This document shows positions 50,811-61,087 of a stretch of 64,000 nucleotides of DNA, in pieces. Below the pieces are notes generated by a model. That model was not told the DNA's origin and made no database searches. It saw nothing but the letters and a program-made list of their open reading frames with translations. Location: NCBI GenBank assembly GCA_965205025.1, contig CBDBFU010000014.1:256001-320000 (forward strand), given 5' to 3'. The position numbers and the translations under genes were made by a program. This stretch comes from Candidatus Poribacteria bacterium (GTDB lineage: Bacteria > Poribacteria > WGA-4E > WGA-3G). Each line of letters begins with the position of its first letter. Position 1 is the first letter of the stretch.

Positions 50811-53342
50811 CTATTTTCGTATTACCATTCTTTTTGTAGATGAGTAATTACCAGCTGCAAATTCGTAGATATATATACCACTTGCCACAGGTTCACCTAT
50901 TTCATTCTTACCATCCCAATACCCTGCACGAGTACGATCTTGATATAACCCAGGTTGTTGATGTCCTAATGAAATATTCTTTATCAATAGACCATCTGCT
51001 GAATAAATCCTGATGGATACATCCGTTGATTCAGATAGCTGATATGGAAACCATGTTTCAGGATTGAATGGATTAGGATAGTTTGGTAGGAGTAGAGTTT
51101 TCTTTGGAGTTAAGTCAATCAGAAGTTGCTCCAAAAACATTTTCCCTTTTTGTGTTGTTGGATTAATTATATTCAGTGATTGAGCTTGTTTAATCCAGCG
51201 TTGCACATCTAAAGTTGTAATTGGTAGATTAGGATTTTGTGTAGAGATTGATGGAGCTGCTGCATTTCCTAATTCTGCGGCAATCTGTATGAGATCCGCT
51301 ATGTTTACGATACCATCACCATTAATGTCTGCTATATTCGGTCCTGTCTTACCAAAGTTTGCAGCAACGACAATTAAATCGTAGACATCCACAATACCAT
51401 CCCCATTTACATCTGTTATTAAGTATGTCGGAGTTATAATCGAATTGTATTCCCATAATAGAATAGTACCATCTTTACTTCCGGATACAAGTGTTTGTCC
51501 ATCAGGACTTATTGAAACATCAACAATCCCATTCGTGTGTCCTGATAAGGTATGTTTTAGTACTCCACTATTTACATCCCATAAATATAATGATGGATTA
51601 GCGATATTTCCTCCCGCAATCACGGTCTGACCATCAGAACTGAATGTTATACTACTGACAACTTCCGGACTGTCTGGTAGAATTTTCTGTTCCCCAGAAA
51701 CGACATTCCATAGTATAACTTTATGGTAAGCTCCTCCACTTGTTAATGTTCTTCCATTAGGACTGAACGCAAGGGCATTCACTCTATTTGAATGACCAGT
51801 ATATTCTTCAATCTGGCTATAATTTATGAGACTCCACAGTCGAATTTTTCCATGACTGTTCCCTGATGCCAACGTATAACCATCAGGACTGAAAGCAAGA
51901 CTTAAAATAGGATCATTGTGTGTATTGTTAGTAAAATCGGTTAGTGTCGCATAATTATTACCTGTGACAGTGTTATACAAATATATGTCATCACTGTCAC
52001 CAGCAGATGCAAGGATTTTACCATCTGGACTGAATATAACTTTATTTATAACATTTGTATATCCCAGAACTATTTTGCTTAATCTTCCATTCTCAGCATC
52101 CCATAATCGGACAGTAGGATCATCATAACTGCTACTACTAACTACTGTCCTACCATCAGGACTAAAATCAACCGATTTAATCCTTGCAATATGTCCAGTA
52201 AGGGTATATATACCTTCACCGGTTAGAGTATCCAATATCCTTACTTTACTATCCCAACTTCCTAATATAAGCATCTTACTATTAGGACTTATTGCCATAG
52301 TCGAAATATTTGGAATGTGTCCTGTGATTATCTTCTTCGGTTCAAGACTGTCAGCATCGCGAATTATAATAGTGCCATCCCAACTACCACTGATAAGTGT
52401 CTTACCATCCGAACTAAAGGCAACATTTATAACTGAAGTAGGATGTTCAAGCAATGTTGTCTTGTACTTATAAGAAGGAACATCCCATAATACTATTGTC
52501 CCATCATTACCACAACTTACAAGCGTCTGACCGTCAACACTGAATGTAATACTATTGACACCTTGTGTATGTCCAGTTAATGTGGTTATCAGTTCATCAT
52601 TAACAGTATCCCAAATACGAATTGTGTTATCTAAAAACCCTGCACAACTTGCCAAGATTTTTCCATCAGGACTAAAAGCAAGATCGTTAATATCACCTGT
52701 ATGTCCTATGTAAGTTGTTTTTAGTGTACCAGTAGCAACATCCCATAACTTTATCAAAGACTCCTTCCATTCTGTTCCAGTTGCAAGAGTTTTTCCATCA
52801 GGACTAAATGCAAGGCTTGAGATTTTTTCTGTCTCATCAATATTGATTGAACTGACTTCTCCAGATGCTACATCCCAAATTCGTACAGTTCTATCGTTCC
52901 AACCAGCAGAAGTTGCAAGAGTTTTTCCATCAGGACTAAAAGCAAGTTCGTTAATATCACCTGTATGTCCTAAGAATCGAGCTTTAATTACTCTATTGTT
53001 AACATCCCATAGTAATAATGATTCATCCGAACTCCCACTCGCGAGTGTGGTACCATCCGGACTAAAGGTAAGACCTGCTATGCTCGGGGCAGGCATACTC
53101 AATAGATCAAATTCAGCTCCCGTTTGAGCATCATATAGCCAGATTCCAATTGTAGTTGCAACTGCAAGGATGGAATTGTCAGGTGAAATTGCTATATCTC
53201 CAGAGATTCTACCTTTACCGATTCTAAGTTTCGCACCATCCGGTAAATGCCATCTCATATAATCTTCCGCATAACCCGTATGTGAAAAATAAATCATAAT
53301 AAGCAGTATTATTATTATATGTAAGTGTGTTCTTGATTTCAT
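50811..53342 (-). CDS. Secreted WD40 + dockerin + CTD protein (subtype A1)
   Basis: Same architecture; YMRWHLP and YKTTLLEH motifs shared with 40663. Confidence 0.9.
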   Translation of the reverse strand: MKSRTHLHIIIILLIMIYFSHTGYAEDYMRWHLPDGAKLRIGKGRISGDIAISPDNSILAVATTIGIWLYDAQTGAEFDLLSMPAPSIAGLTFSPDGTTLASGSSDESLLLWDVNNRVIKARFLGHTGDINELAFSPDGKTLATSAGWNDRTVRIWDVASGEVSSINIDETEKISSLAFSPDGKTLATGTEWKESLIKLWDVATGTLKTTYIGHTGDINDLAFSPDGKILASCAGFLDNTIRIWDTVNDELITTLTGHTQGVNSITFSVDGQTLVSCGNDGTIVLWDVPSYKYKTTLLEHPTSVINVAFSSDGKTLISGSWDGTIIIRDADSLEPKKIITGHIPNISTMAISPNSKMLILGSWDSKVRILDTLTGEGIYTLTGHIARIKSVDFSPDGRTVVSSSSYDDPTVRLWDAENGRLSKIVLGYTNVINKVIFSPDGKILASAGDSDDIYLYNTVTGNNYATLTDFTNNTHNDPILSLAFSPDGYTLASGNSHGKIRLWSLINYSQIEEYTGHSNRVNALAFSPNGRTLTSGGAYHKVILWNVVSGEQKILPDSPEVVSSITFSSDGQTVIAGGNIANPSLYLWDVNSGVLKHTLSGHTNGIVDVSISPDGQTLVSGSKDGTILLWEYNSIITPTYLITDVNGDGIVDVYDLIVVAANFGKTGPNIADINGDGIVNIADLIQIAAELGNAAAPSISTQNPNLPITTLDVQRWIKQAQSLNIINPTTQKGKMFLEQLLIDLTPKKTLLLPNYPNPFNPETWFPYQLSESTDVSIRIYSADGLLIKNISLGHQQPGLYQDRTRAGYWDGKNEIGEPVASGIYIYEFAAGNYSSTKRMVIRK

Positions 53343-53416
53343 ATATAATCCTCAAGTTGTTCTAAATGACGATGTTGAAGTAATCTTACTGGGAACTCCA
53401 TGCTACTGAATTAAAA

Positions 53417-55963
53417 TTATTTCTGTATGACCATTCGTCGTGTAGCGGAAAACTCTCCTGCCGAGAGTGTATAGAAATATATTCCACTGGCAACATTTTC
53501 ACCGATTTCATTCTTACCATCCCAATATGCGGCTTTATTACGACTATGATATACTCCTGCAGATTGATTTCCAACATTCAAAGTTCGTACTAACTGACCA
53601 TCAGATGAATAAATGTATACACTAATTTTTGCTGGTTTTGATATCTGGTATGGAATCCAAGTTTCAGGATTGAATGGGTTTGGATAGTTGTTTAGGAGGG
53701 CACTACTTTTTGGTGTTAATGCAGTTAGAAGATGTTCAAGCACAGTAATACCTTTTTGGAATTCAATAGACGGATTCCTATATTTTTGTGCTTGTTCAAT
53801 CCAACTTTTAATTTGGTCAATTGAGAGTAAATTGGTTGGAGAGGAAGCTCTATTTGGGGCGGCATTTTCATTCTCTAATGCTGTAGCAATTAATACAATA
53901 TCAGCAATATCAACAATTCCATCTTGATTAACATCAGCTGCATTTTCGTTATCTTTTGTACCAAATTGTGATGCAACATAAATCATATCCTGAATGTCTA
54001 CAACACCATCACGGTTTACATCTTCTAAGGTATATTGAGTTTCTCGGTTAATATCTCTTTCTGTCCAATCCCATATTAAGGCTGTTCCATCTGCGCTTAG
54101 AGATACCAAGGAATTTCCATCAGCACTGAAAGCAAGATCTCTAATCCCAGTTGTATGTCCTTTGATCGATGGTAGCGGTTCACCTGTAGCAACATCCCAA
54201 AGAAGAATAGTGTCTTCATAACTTCCCGCACTGGCAAGTGTTCTACCGTCAGTACTGAAAGCAAGATTCCTAACTGAACTCGTATGTCCTGTTAAGATAG
54301 ATCGAATCTCACCGGTACCAACATTCCATAGGATCACAGTTTCATCTCTACTTCCACTGGCAAGTATACTGGCATCAGGACTAAATAGCACACTTACCAC
54401 TTCATCAGTATGACCTCTGAATGTATCTATATGGGTTTCACTTTCTACATCCCATAAACGTACTGTTTGATCTTTACTCCCACTTGCAAGTGTTCGACTG
54501 TCATAACTGAATGCAATGGTAGTTAGTCCTGCAGAATGCCCCGAAAGTGTACCTTTATGTGTACGTCCGAGATGCCACAATTGTATTGTTGCCTGACTAC
54601 TTCCGCTTGCTAAGTATCTTCCATTTGGACTAAATGCAATTGAAGCTATACCATATCCTGAGGCACTATTTCCTAAATACCCCCTTAATGTAGTTAGATG
54701 TGTTCCATCATTTACATTCCACAGACGTATTTGCCAACCTGTCTCACTCGCAAGTATAGAACCATCAGGATTGAACGACATTGTCCCGTTACCCCAATAA
54801 CTTTCATACAATGTCGTTTTTAACGTACCCGTAACTGCATCCCATAAACGAATTTCTTCCCTACTACCAATAGCAATTGTGCGATTATCAGGGGAGAGTG
54901 CAAGACTATAGACATAATCATTATGACCAGAAATTGACATTTTTTGAGTACCAGAAACTACATCCCATAGATGTAATTCTCCATTACCACTGGTAATTAG
55001 TATCCGTCCATTTGGACTAAAGGTAATGGATGAGATAGAGTACAAATGTCCAGTAAGTTCAAATTGATATTTCTCATTTTCAACATCCCAAATCCTTAAT
55101 TCTCTTCCTTTAGCAATAGCCAATATTGACCCATCTGGACTAAAAGTAGACTTTGAAGATATTGGTTGCTTTGGGACACCAAGGTAGTCTCCGGTTTCAA
55201 TATCCCATAGATGTGCTCCACTTCGATTATAACCGACTCCAGCGAATGTTCGACCATCAGGGTAGAATATGATCTTTGAAACACCATCTGTGTGTTTTGT
55301 ATAAGTGGTTCTATGAGTTCCTGATGCAACATCCCATAAACGAATAGACTTATCCCAACTCCCTGTCACAAACGTATTTCCATCTGAACTAAATGCCATT
55401 GATGTAATAATACTTGTATGTCCTTCAATAATATGAAGCTGTTCACCTGTTGCAACATCCCAAAAAACTGCATTGTAATCTGAATTGGCACTGACAAGAA
55501 TCTTCCCATCTGGACTGAAAATCACAGGTCCAGCATATCTATTTTCTATTTGAAACTTTTTTATAATTTGCCAATTGGATGTATCCAGTATACGGACATA
55601 TTCATCATCACTAGCATAGGCGAGCATCCTTCCATCTGGACTGAAAGCTATACTATCAATGTATGGATTCTCTTCACGAAGAAGTGATAATTCATTACCA
55701 GTCTGTGCATCATAGATCCAAATTCCAATAGTACTGGCAACAGCAAAGTATTTTCCATGTGGAGAAAACTCTACCTCATATATTCTACCCTTACCAAGTC
55801 GCATTTTTGCGCCATCCGGTAATCCCCAACGCGCATGATTCTGTGCAGATACAACAGATACAAATATGAGAAAAATTAAACTGAATGATAACAAGAATGG
55901 CATCCAAAATTTCCAAATATAGTTTAACTCTGTATTGACCAGATTCTTCATAAGATACTCCAA
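53417..55963 (-). CDS. Secreted WD40 + dockerin + CTD protein (subtype B1); exact start uncertain
   Basis: Same architecture; GNSASGYGI and GRTHKGTL motifs shared with 43226. Confidence 0.9.
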   Translation of the reverse strand: MEYLMKNLVNTELNYIWKFWMPFLLSFSLIFLIFVSVVSAQNHARWGLPDGAKMRLGKGRIYEVEFSPHGKYFAVASTIGIWIYDAQTGNELSLLREENPYIDSIAFSPDGRMLAYASDDEYVRILDTSNWQIIKKFQIENRYAGPVIFSPDGKILVSANSDYNAVFWDVATGEQLHIIEGHTSIITSMAFSSDGNTFVTGSWDKSIRLWDVASGTHRTTYTKHTDGVSKIIFYPDGRTFAGVGYNRSGAHLWDIETGDYLGVPKQPISSKSTFSPDGSILAIAKGRELRIWDVENEKYQFELTGHLYSISSITFSPNGRILITSGNGELHLWDVVSGTQKMSISGHNDYVYSLALSPDNRTIAIGSREEIRLWDAVTGTLKTTLYESYWGNGTMSFNPDGSILASETGWQIRLWNVNDGTHLTTLRGYLGNSASGYGIASIAFSPNGRYLASGSSQATIQLWHLGRTHKGTLSGHSAGLTTIAFSYDSRTLASGSKDQTVRLWDVESETHIDTFRGHTDEVVSVLFSPDASILASGSRDETVILWNVGTGEIRSILTGHTSSVRNLAFSTDGRTLASAGSYEDTILLWDVATGEPLPSIKGHTTGIRDLAFSADGNSLVSLSADGTALIWDWTERDINRETQYTLEDVNRDGVVDIQDMIYVASQFGTKDNENAADVNQDGIVDIADIVLIATALENENAAPNRASSPTNLLSIDQIKSWIEQAQKYRNPSIEFQKGITVLEHLLTALTPKSSALLNNYPNPFNPETWIPYQISKPAKISVYIYSSDGQLVRTLNVGNQSAGVYHSRNKAAYWDGKNEIGENVASGIYFYTLSAGEFSATRRMVIQK

Positions 55964-56493
55964 TGGATATACATTTACTGATAGAATAGAGAAACTCTTG
56001 ATGTGTTAATGTATCTTTAGCAAAAATAATGCCAAATATGAGACTGCGTATTATGATGGTCTATATAAAATCAATACCTATTCTCTCAAAATAACATCAT
56101 TACTGTCCAAAATATGAACACACAGTATAATAGTCTATGTTATACCAATTTTACTTAATTAACTAACATTAATAGCAGATTGGAAAGCCAATTTAGTTTA
56201 GAAGGTATTATATAGGTGTATGTTGAGTATGTACTGGTTGAGGAAATGAAGAAATAGTTTGTTTCTTTGGTTAATTAATGGAGGTTATGTCAGCAAGTAC
56301 AAAAAGGATAGAATTAGGATTTCAAAGCGGATTGAGACTCAGACCTGCACATGAACGTGCATAATAGGAAAGGATGTACAATATCGGGCAGTAATACAAT
56401 CAGTTGTGTACCTGGATGTAAATATGTAATAGAACAAATAGTATATGAAAGGAATACAGTTTTTTAGGTGAGTGGATACTGAAATGAAATGTA

Positions 56494-56528
56494 AAGGCAT
56501 GGATAATATTCTCAATTATCCATGCCTT
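56494..56528 (-). terminator. Hairpin after the YWTD gene stop, probable terminator
   Basis: AAGGCATGGATAAT-attctca-ATTATCCATGCCTT perfect inverted repeat. Confidence 0.7.
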
Positions 56529-56545
56529 TAGTTTGTATACTGACT

Positions 56546-59500
56546 CTACTTCAAAATTAACATTTTTCGCGTCGAAGTGAAATCGCCTGCTGTCAGTGTA
56601 TAAAAATACACACCACTCGCAACCGGTTCACCGAGCGTGTTTTTACCATCCCAATACGCCGCACGACTTTTATCGTGATAGATTCCTGCTGGTTGATGTC
56701 CAAACGATAAGGTACGCACCAAAGATCCATTCACAGAATAAATGGATAGTGTCACCTTTGTAGGTCTTGCTAACTGATAAGGTATCCACGTCTCTGGATT
56801 GAACGGATTCGGGTAATTGGGATGTAAATGCGTTTCGTCTATATGTTCTACAAGCACTGCAGGAGCAGTCACGATTGATGTGTGAGTTTGCACGGTGCCC
56901 AAGACTATATTGGCAGGTGCACTTAAGCCCATGACAATATTTTGGATGTTCTCCCCGTTAAGACTGGCACAATTGATACTACCTGTTTCTGTCCAGTAGA
57001 TTTTCCCACTATTAACATCCACGGCGATCCCTTCTGGAGACTCCAAACCTATGATGAAATCAGTTTCAAAGTTTGAACCATCAAAATTGAGTCGTTGGAC
57101 CTTACCCGAAGAGTTTGTTAAATACAACTTACGATTGGCGGAGTCAATCGCAATACCGCGAGGTACTCTTGATAGGGATTTTACCAATTCTACGTTTGAA
57201 CCGTTGAGGTTAGCACGTTGAATCTTCCCTGTTCCATTGCTTGTTTTCTCTGTCCAATAGAGTTTTCCCCCATCAACATCCAATACGATGTTTTTTGGAG
57301 AATTCAAGCCTGTGATAAAGTTGTTTTCAAAGTTTGAACCGTCAAAATTGAGACGCTGAATCTTTCCCCATGAGTTTATCGTATACAGTTTATCATGTGT
57401 AGTATCAATAGCGATTCCACGCTGAGGCCGCTTTATGGATCGCACAAGTTCTACGTTTGAACCGTTGAGGTTAGCACGTTGAATCTTCCCTGTTTTTTGA
57501 CTCGTTTTTTCTGTCCAGTAGATTTTTCCTCCTGCTACATCCATAGCAACACCAGTTGCATTCTGGACGTTTGGAAGAAGGTTTTCTACTGCAACTCCGT
57601 TGAAGCGGTGGAGCGTGCCGTTTGCTTTGTCTGTCCAATACATTGCCGGATACTGGAACTCAGGCACAGGAGTACTAGGCATATCCCCACCCAAGGCAAG
57701 ACTTCCTGGGGCGAGTAAGCCGGTGACGAGCGTACGGGTTGATGATAGTGGAATGTACCTTTGTTTCGGATTTCCTCTTGTGATCGGAAGGTATCCGCGT
57801 CTGATTTCTCCTATCTCATTCGTCCAATAAACTTTGTTCTCCGTAGTGTCCACGGCAATACCAATAGGTGATTGAATGAAAGACCCAATGCTCTCGACTT
57901 TTTTGCCGTTGAGAGAGGAACGCTTGATACTATCCTTCCCCCACTCAGTCCAATAAAGTTTATCCTCTGCCAGAGCAATTCCACCTATTGCTCTTAAGTC
58001 TGTTGCAAGTGTTTGGATATTTGAGCCATCCATATTTGCGCGTTGAATTCGTCTATCTTCAGTCCAATAAACAATACCTTTTGATACGTCTAAAGCGATA
58101 TGCATTGGAGACTTCAAACCCGTAATTAGGTCGGATTGGAAGTTTGAACCGTCAAAACTCATCCACTGGATTTTCCCCAGCGAATTTGTCACGTAAATCC
58201 TACTATTAGAAGCGTCAATCGCTATACTGCGCGGCACACCTTCAAGAGACTTCACATCTTCAATTTTTGAGCCATCAAAGTTTGCGCGTCGGACCTTACC
58301 AACGTTATTGCCCGTTTTTTCAGTCCAATAAACTTTACCACCTGTCATATCCACAGTAAGGCTTGTTACATTTTGGGCACTGGGTACAAAACGTTCTATA
58401 ACCGACCCGGCCAGTTGATGGAGTGTACCCATCTGCGTATTAATCCAATACATTGGAGGACGAAAGGATTCAGGTAGAACTGGACGAGGAATATATACTA
58501 AGGCGAGATCCTTTGGTGCAGTCAACCCCTTGATGATATTTCGAACATTCTTACCGTTAGTATCTGATCGTTGAATTTTTCCACGAGAGTTGGTCCAATA
58601 AATTAGAACTTTATGTCCATTAAAGTCATAGTGCATGTTGTCTACACCAATGCTATGCAGCACACTCATTGATGTAACAATTGTCTGAATGTTGTCTCCG
58701 TTGAGATATGCACGTTTTATTCTTCCACTGTTCTCATCCACTTGTTCTGTCCAGAATAGATAGCGTCCCCAAAAGGTAAAATCACCCACCGATTCCGTAG
58801 TAGATACAACAGTTTCAATATTTTTACCATTCAGGTTTGCCCGACGAATGTGTCCCGCTGCCTCTGTCCAATAGACTTTTCCCGCATGTATAGCAAGATT
58901 ATCTGGAGATTCTAACGCAGCGATGAGATTGGGTTCGAAGTTTGAACCATCAATATTGAGACACTGGATTTTACCCGACGAATTCGTTACGTAGATCTTA
59001 TCATAAGAAGTGTCAATCGCAATACCAAGTGGTACACTTGTTAAGGACTTTACTTCTTCAATGTTTGTACCATCAAAGTTTGCGCGTCTGATCCTGCCAG
59101 TTCTACTACCCGTTTTCTCTGTCCAGTAGACTTTACCATCTGCCACATCTATAGCAAGGCTTGTCGCGTTTAGGACACTCGGTACAAAAGGTATTGGTGT
59201 GGCTCCTATCAACCGATACAACGTACCTTCTTCCGTATTAACCCAATACATTTCCGGATGGAGGTGTTTAATTTCCAATTCATTAGAACGACGACCAACA
59301 TTTTGTTTTTGCTTCTCCCATGGAACACTAGAGCCAAACCACGCATCGTAAGTTGCCTGATCAATGAACAATTCCTCAATCGGAATGGCGGAACTGCGGA
59401 TCGACCAGGTGTAAGGATCATCACCATGACTCAGGTACTTACCTTCACTTATAAAGTAAGGAAGAGCATGTCCTCCGCCTGGGGCATTTTTGACAGGAAT

Positions 59501-60319
59501 GTTCACGACCCTCAATATCTCTCGAAGGAACGCTGTAGTTCCCCAACATCCTCCGGTATAATGTGAAAAATGTTCTGCATTCCAAAAGTCAGAATAAAAC
59601 GTTGTCCCAGATACGACACGTGAGACAGGTGTTGCACCACGGTACTGCCAATGGTCTTCGACATTTTTTGCCGTAAACCCACCGGTAAAGTGTTTCATGT
59701 TATAACGACACCAAGTAAGGAGATTCCCTATTGTCCGCAACCTATCCTGGGCAATCATATCGTTATCACTCAGAAACTGAAATGAGAAATCAGGTGGTGC
59801 AGGCATTCCAGAGTAAATTACTTGGTACCCTTCCAAATCATGCCTTCTCCTAAACATTTTACTTCCATCAAGTAATTCCAACAGTTCCTCCTGAGAATAC
59901 GCGGTTAATGACCAGGACACCCACTCTCCAGTCTCAACAGCAAGACTGAATGCGATATGTGCCAAAAACAGAGGCCATGCGTGATCCTTTGATAGCACCG
60001 TCGAGGAGTAGTCATCATCTGCAAGGTCAAGCATATTAGGTGGAGGATCGGTTAACTCAAGGGATTCTCCTCTCCAAACTTTTTGATACATCTCAAGTAA
60101 ATCTGCTTTTTGAGTAGCAGACCAATCACGGTACTCCTTGATTCCATTTGCATCTTCCCACCTGATGGTTTGGGATATAAGAGGATGGTCAGTTAGCCAA
60201 GCCCCAATATCTGGCTCATCGGTTTCTGCGGTTGCTACCAATGGAATCGAAAGGAAGGTCAATCCACATAAAACAATAAAAAGTAATAGCATCTTGCTCA
60301 AAATATAGTTTGTCTTCAT
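56546..60319 (-). CDS. Secreted protein: transglutaminase-like N-terminal domain + three LDL-receptor class B (YWTD) propellers + FlgD-Ig CTD
   Basis: Signal peptide; GGCWGTTAFLREILRVVNIPV...GH...HGDDPY; many K(V/I/L)YWTE...IxRANxDG repeats in three blocks; CTD; no dockerin. Confidence 0.85.
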   Translation of the reverse strand: MKTNYILSKMLLLFIVLCGLTFLSIPLVATAETDEPDIGAWLTDHPLISQTIRWEDANGIKEYRDWSATQKADLLEMYQKVWRGESLELTDPPPNMLDLADDDYSSTVLSKDHAWPLFLAHIAFSLAVETGEWVSWSLTAYSQEELLELLDGSKMFRRRHDLEGYQVIYSGMPAPPDFSFQFLSDNDMIAQDRLRTIGNLLTWCRYNMKHFTGGFTAKNVEDHWQYRGATPVSRVVSGTTFYSDFWNAEHFSHYTGGCWGTTAFLREILRVVNIPVKNAPGGGHALPYFISEGKYLSHGDDPYTWSIRSSAIPIEELFIDQATYDAWFGSSVPWEKQKQNVGRRSNELEIKHLHPEMYWVNTEEGTLYRLIGATPIPFVPSVLNATSLAIDVADGKVYWTEKTGSRTGRIRRANFDGTNIEEVKSLTSVPLGIAIDTSYDKIYVTNSSGKIQCLNIDGSNFEPNLIAALESPDNLAIHAGKVYWTEAAGHIRRANLNGKNIETVVSTTESVGDFTFWGRYLFWTEQVDENSGRIKRAYLNGDNIQTIVTSMSVLHSIGVDNMHYDFNGHKVLIYWTNSRGKIQRSDTNGKNVRNIIKGLTAPKDLALVYIPRPVLPESFRPPMYWINTQMGTLHQLAGSVIERFVPSAQNVTSLTVDMTGGKVYWTEKTGNNVGKVRRANFDGSKIEDVKSLEGVPRSIAIDASNSRIYVTNSLGKIQWMSFDGSNFQSDLITGLKSPMHIALDVSKGIVYWTEDRRIQRANMDGSNIQTLATDLRAIGGIALAEDKLYWTEWGKDSIKRSSLNGKKVESIGSFIQSPIGIAVDTTENKVYWTNEIGEIRRGYLPITRGNPKQRYIPLSSTRTLVTGLLAPGSLALGGDMPSTPVPEFQYPAMYWTDKANGTLHRFNGVAVENLLPNVQNATGVAMDVAGGKIYWTEKTSQKTGKIQRANLNGSNVELVRSIKRPQRGIAIDTTHDKLYTINSWGKIQRLNFDGSNFENNFITGLNSPKNIVLDVDGGKLYWTEKTSNGTGKIQRANLNGSNVELVKSLSRVPRGIAIDSANRKLYLTNSSGKVQRLNFDGSNFETDFIIGLESPEGIAVDVNSGKIYWTETGSINCASLNGENIQNIVMGLSAPANIVLGTVQTHTSIVTAPAVLVEHIDETHLHPNYPNPFNPETWIPYQLARPTKVTLSIYSVNGSLVRTLSFGHQPAGIYHDKSRAAYWDGKNTLGEPVASGVYFYTLTAGDFTSTRKMLILK

Positions 60320-60495
60320 TTTATTCTCCTTTCTTGTATCCCAATAGAATAAAGGTTAACATAGGTCTAATAAAAGTAACCAAAGAGGGTTATACTATTT
60401 TCTAAACGAACAGTTCTCATTGAACTCATATTGAGTAAAACATCAGGATGTTATATAATCGGGTGACGCAAGAGTTTATTTATGTCCTATTTTTT

Positions 60496-60726
60496 CTAAT
60501 TCATAAGCTGTGAAAGATCAGAGATCGTATTATGTCCAACCCATAATCTGGACAGTTGCAATAACCCCGAAAGCGGTGTAAGATCTGATATAGTGTGCTG
60601 AACGTTGAGATCACGCAAACGAACCGCATCCAGTGCACCTTGTTCTTTATTGACCAATGTCCACGGCGTAAAAAAAGTAAGCGTTCTGCTATGGGTATCG
60701 TAATCCTTTCTTGTTGCGTTTGTCAA
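60496..60726 (-). pseudogene. Internalin-type LRR fragment
   Basis: LNVQHTISDLTPLSGLLQLSRLWVGHNTISDLSQL; about two LRRs only, no convincing start. Confidence 0.5.
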
Positions 60727-60988
60727 TAACTTCTACTAAAAAACTATCAAGTGGCAAGATTTTCTTCTACTCATTCTTCACTTCAAAAAGTGATTGTATT
60801 AAGGTGATGCATAGTAGATATGGTGTGAAAAGTCACACCATAACTGCTTTTATAGAGTATTTACAACTATGAAAAAACACACCAACAAAAAATAAATAAT
60901 CCTGGTTTTGTTGAAAATACAGTTGACACCCACTACCGGTTTTGCTATTTTTTAGGCTTATTTATCTCCAAACGCACCATTTCCAAAG

Positions 60989-61087
60989 AAGATGCCAACA
61001 AACCCAACTTAACCCACTCATTGACGATCACTGGAAAGCTTATAAACCTCAGCATTCCAGCTATCCTATGGTCATATGATACTATTT
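60989..61087 (-). repeat. Conserved 3'-flank element of CTD genes, copy 2
   Basis: 64 bp identical to 35523-35586. Confidence 0.85.
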
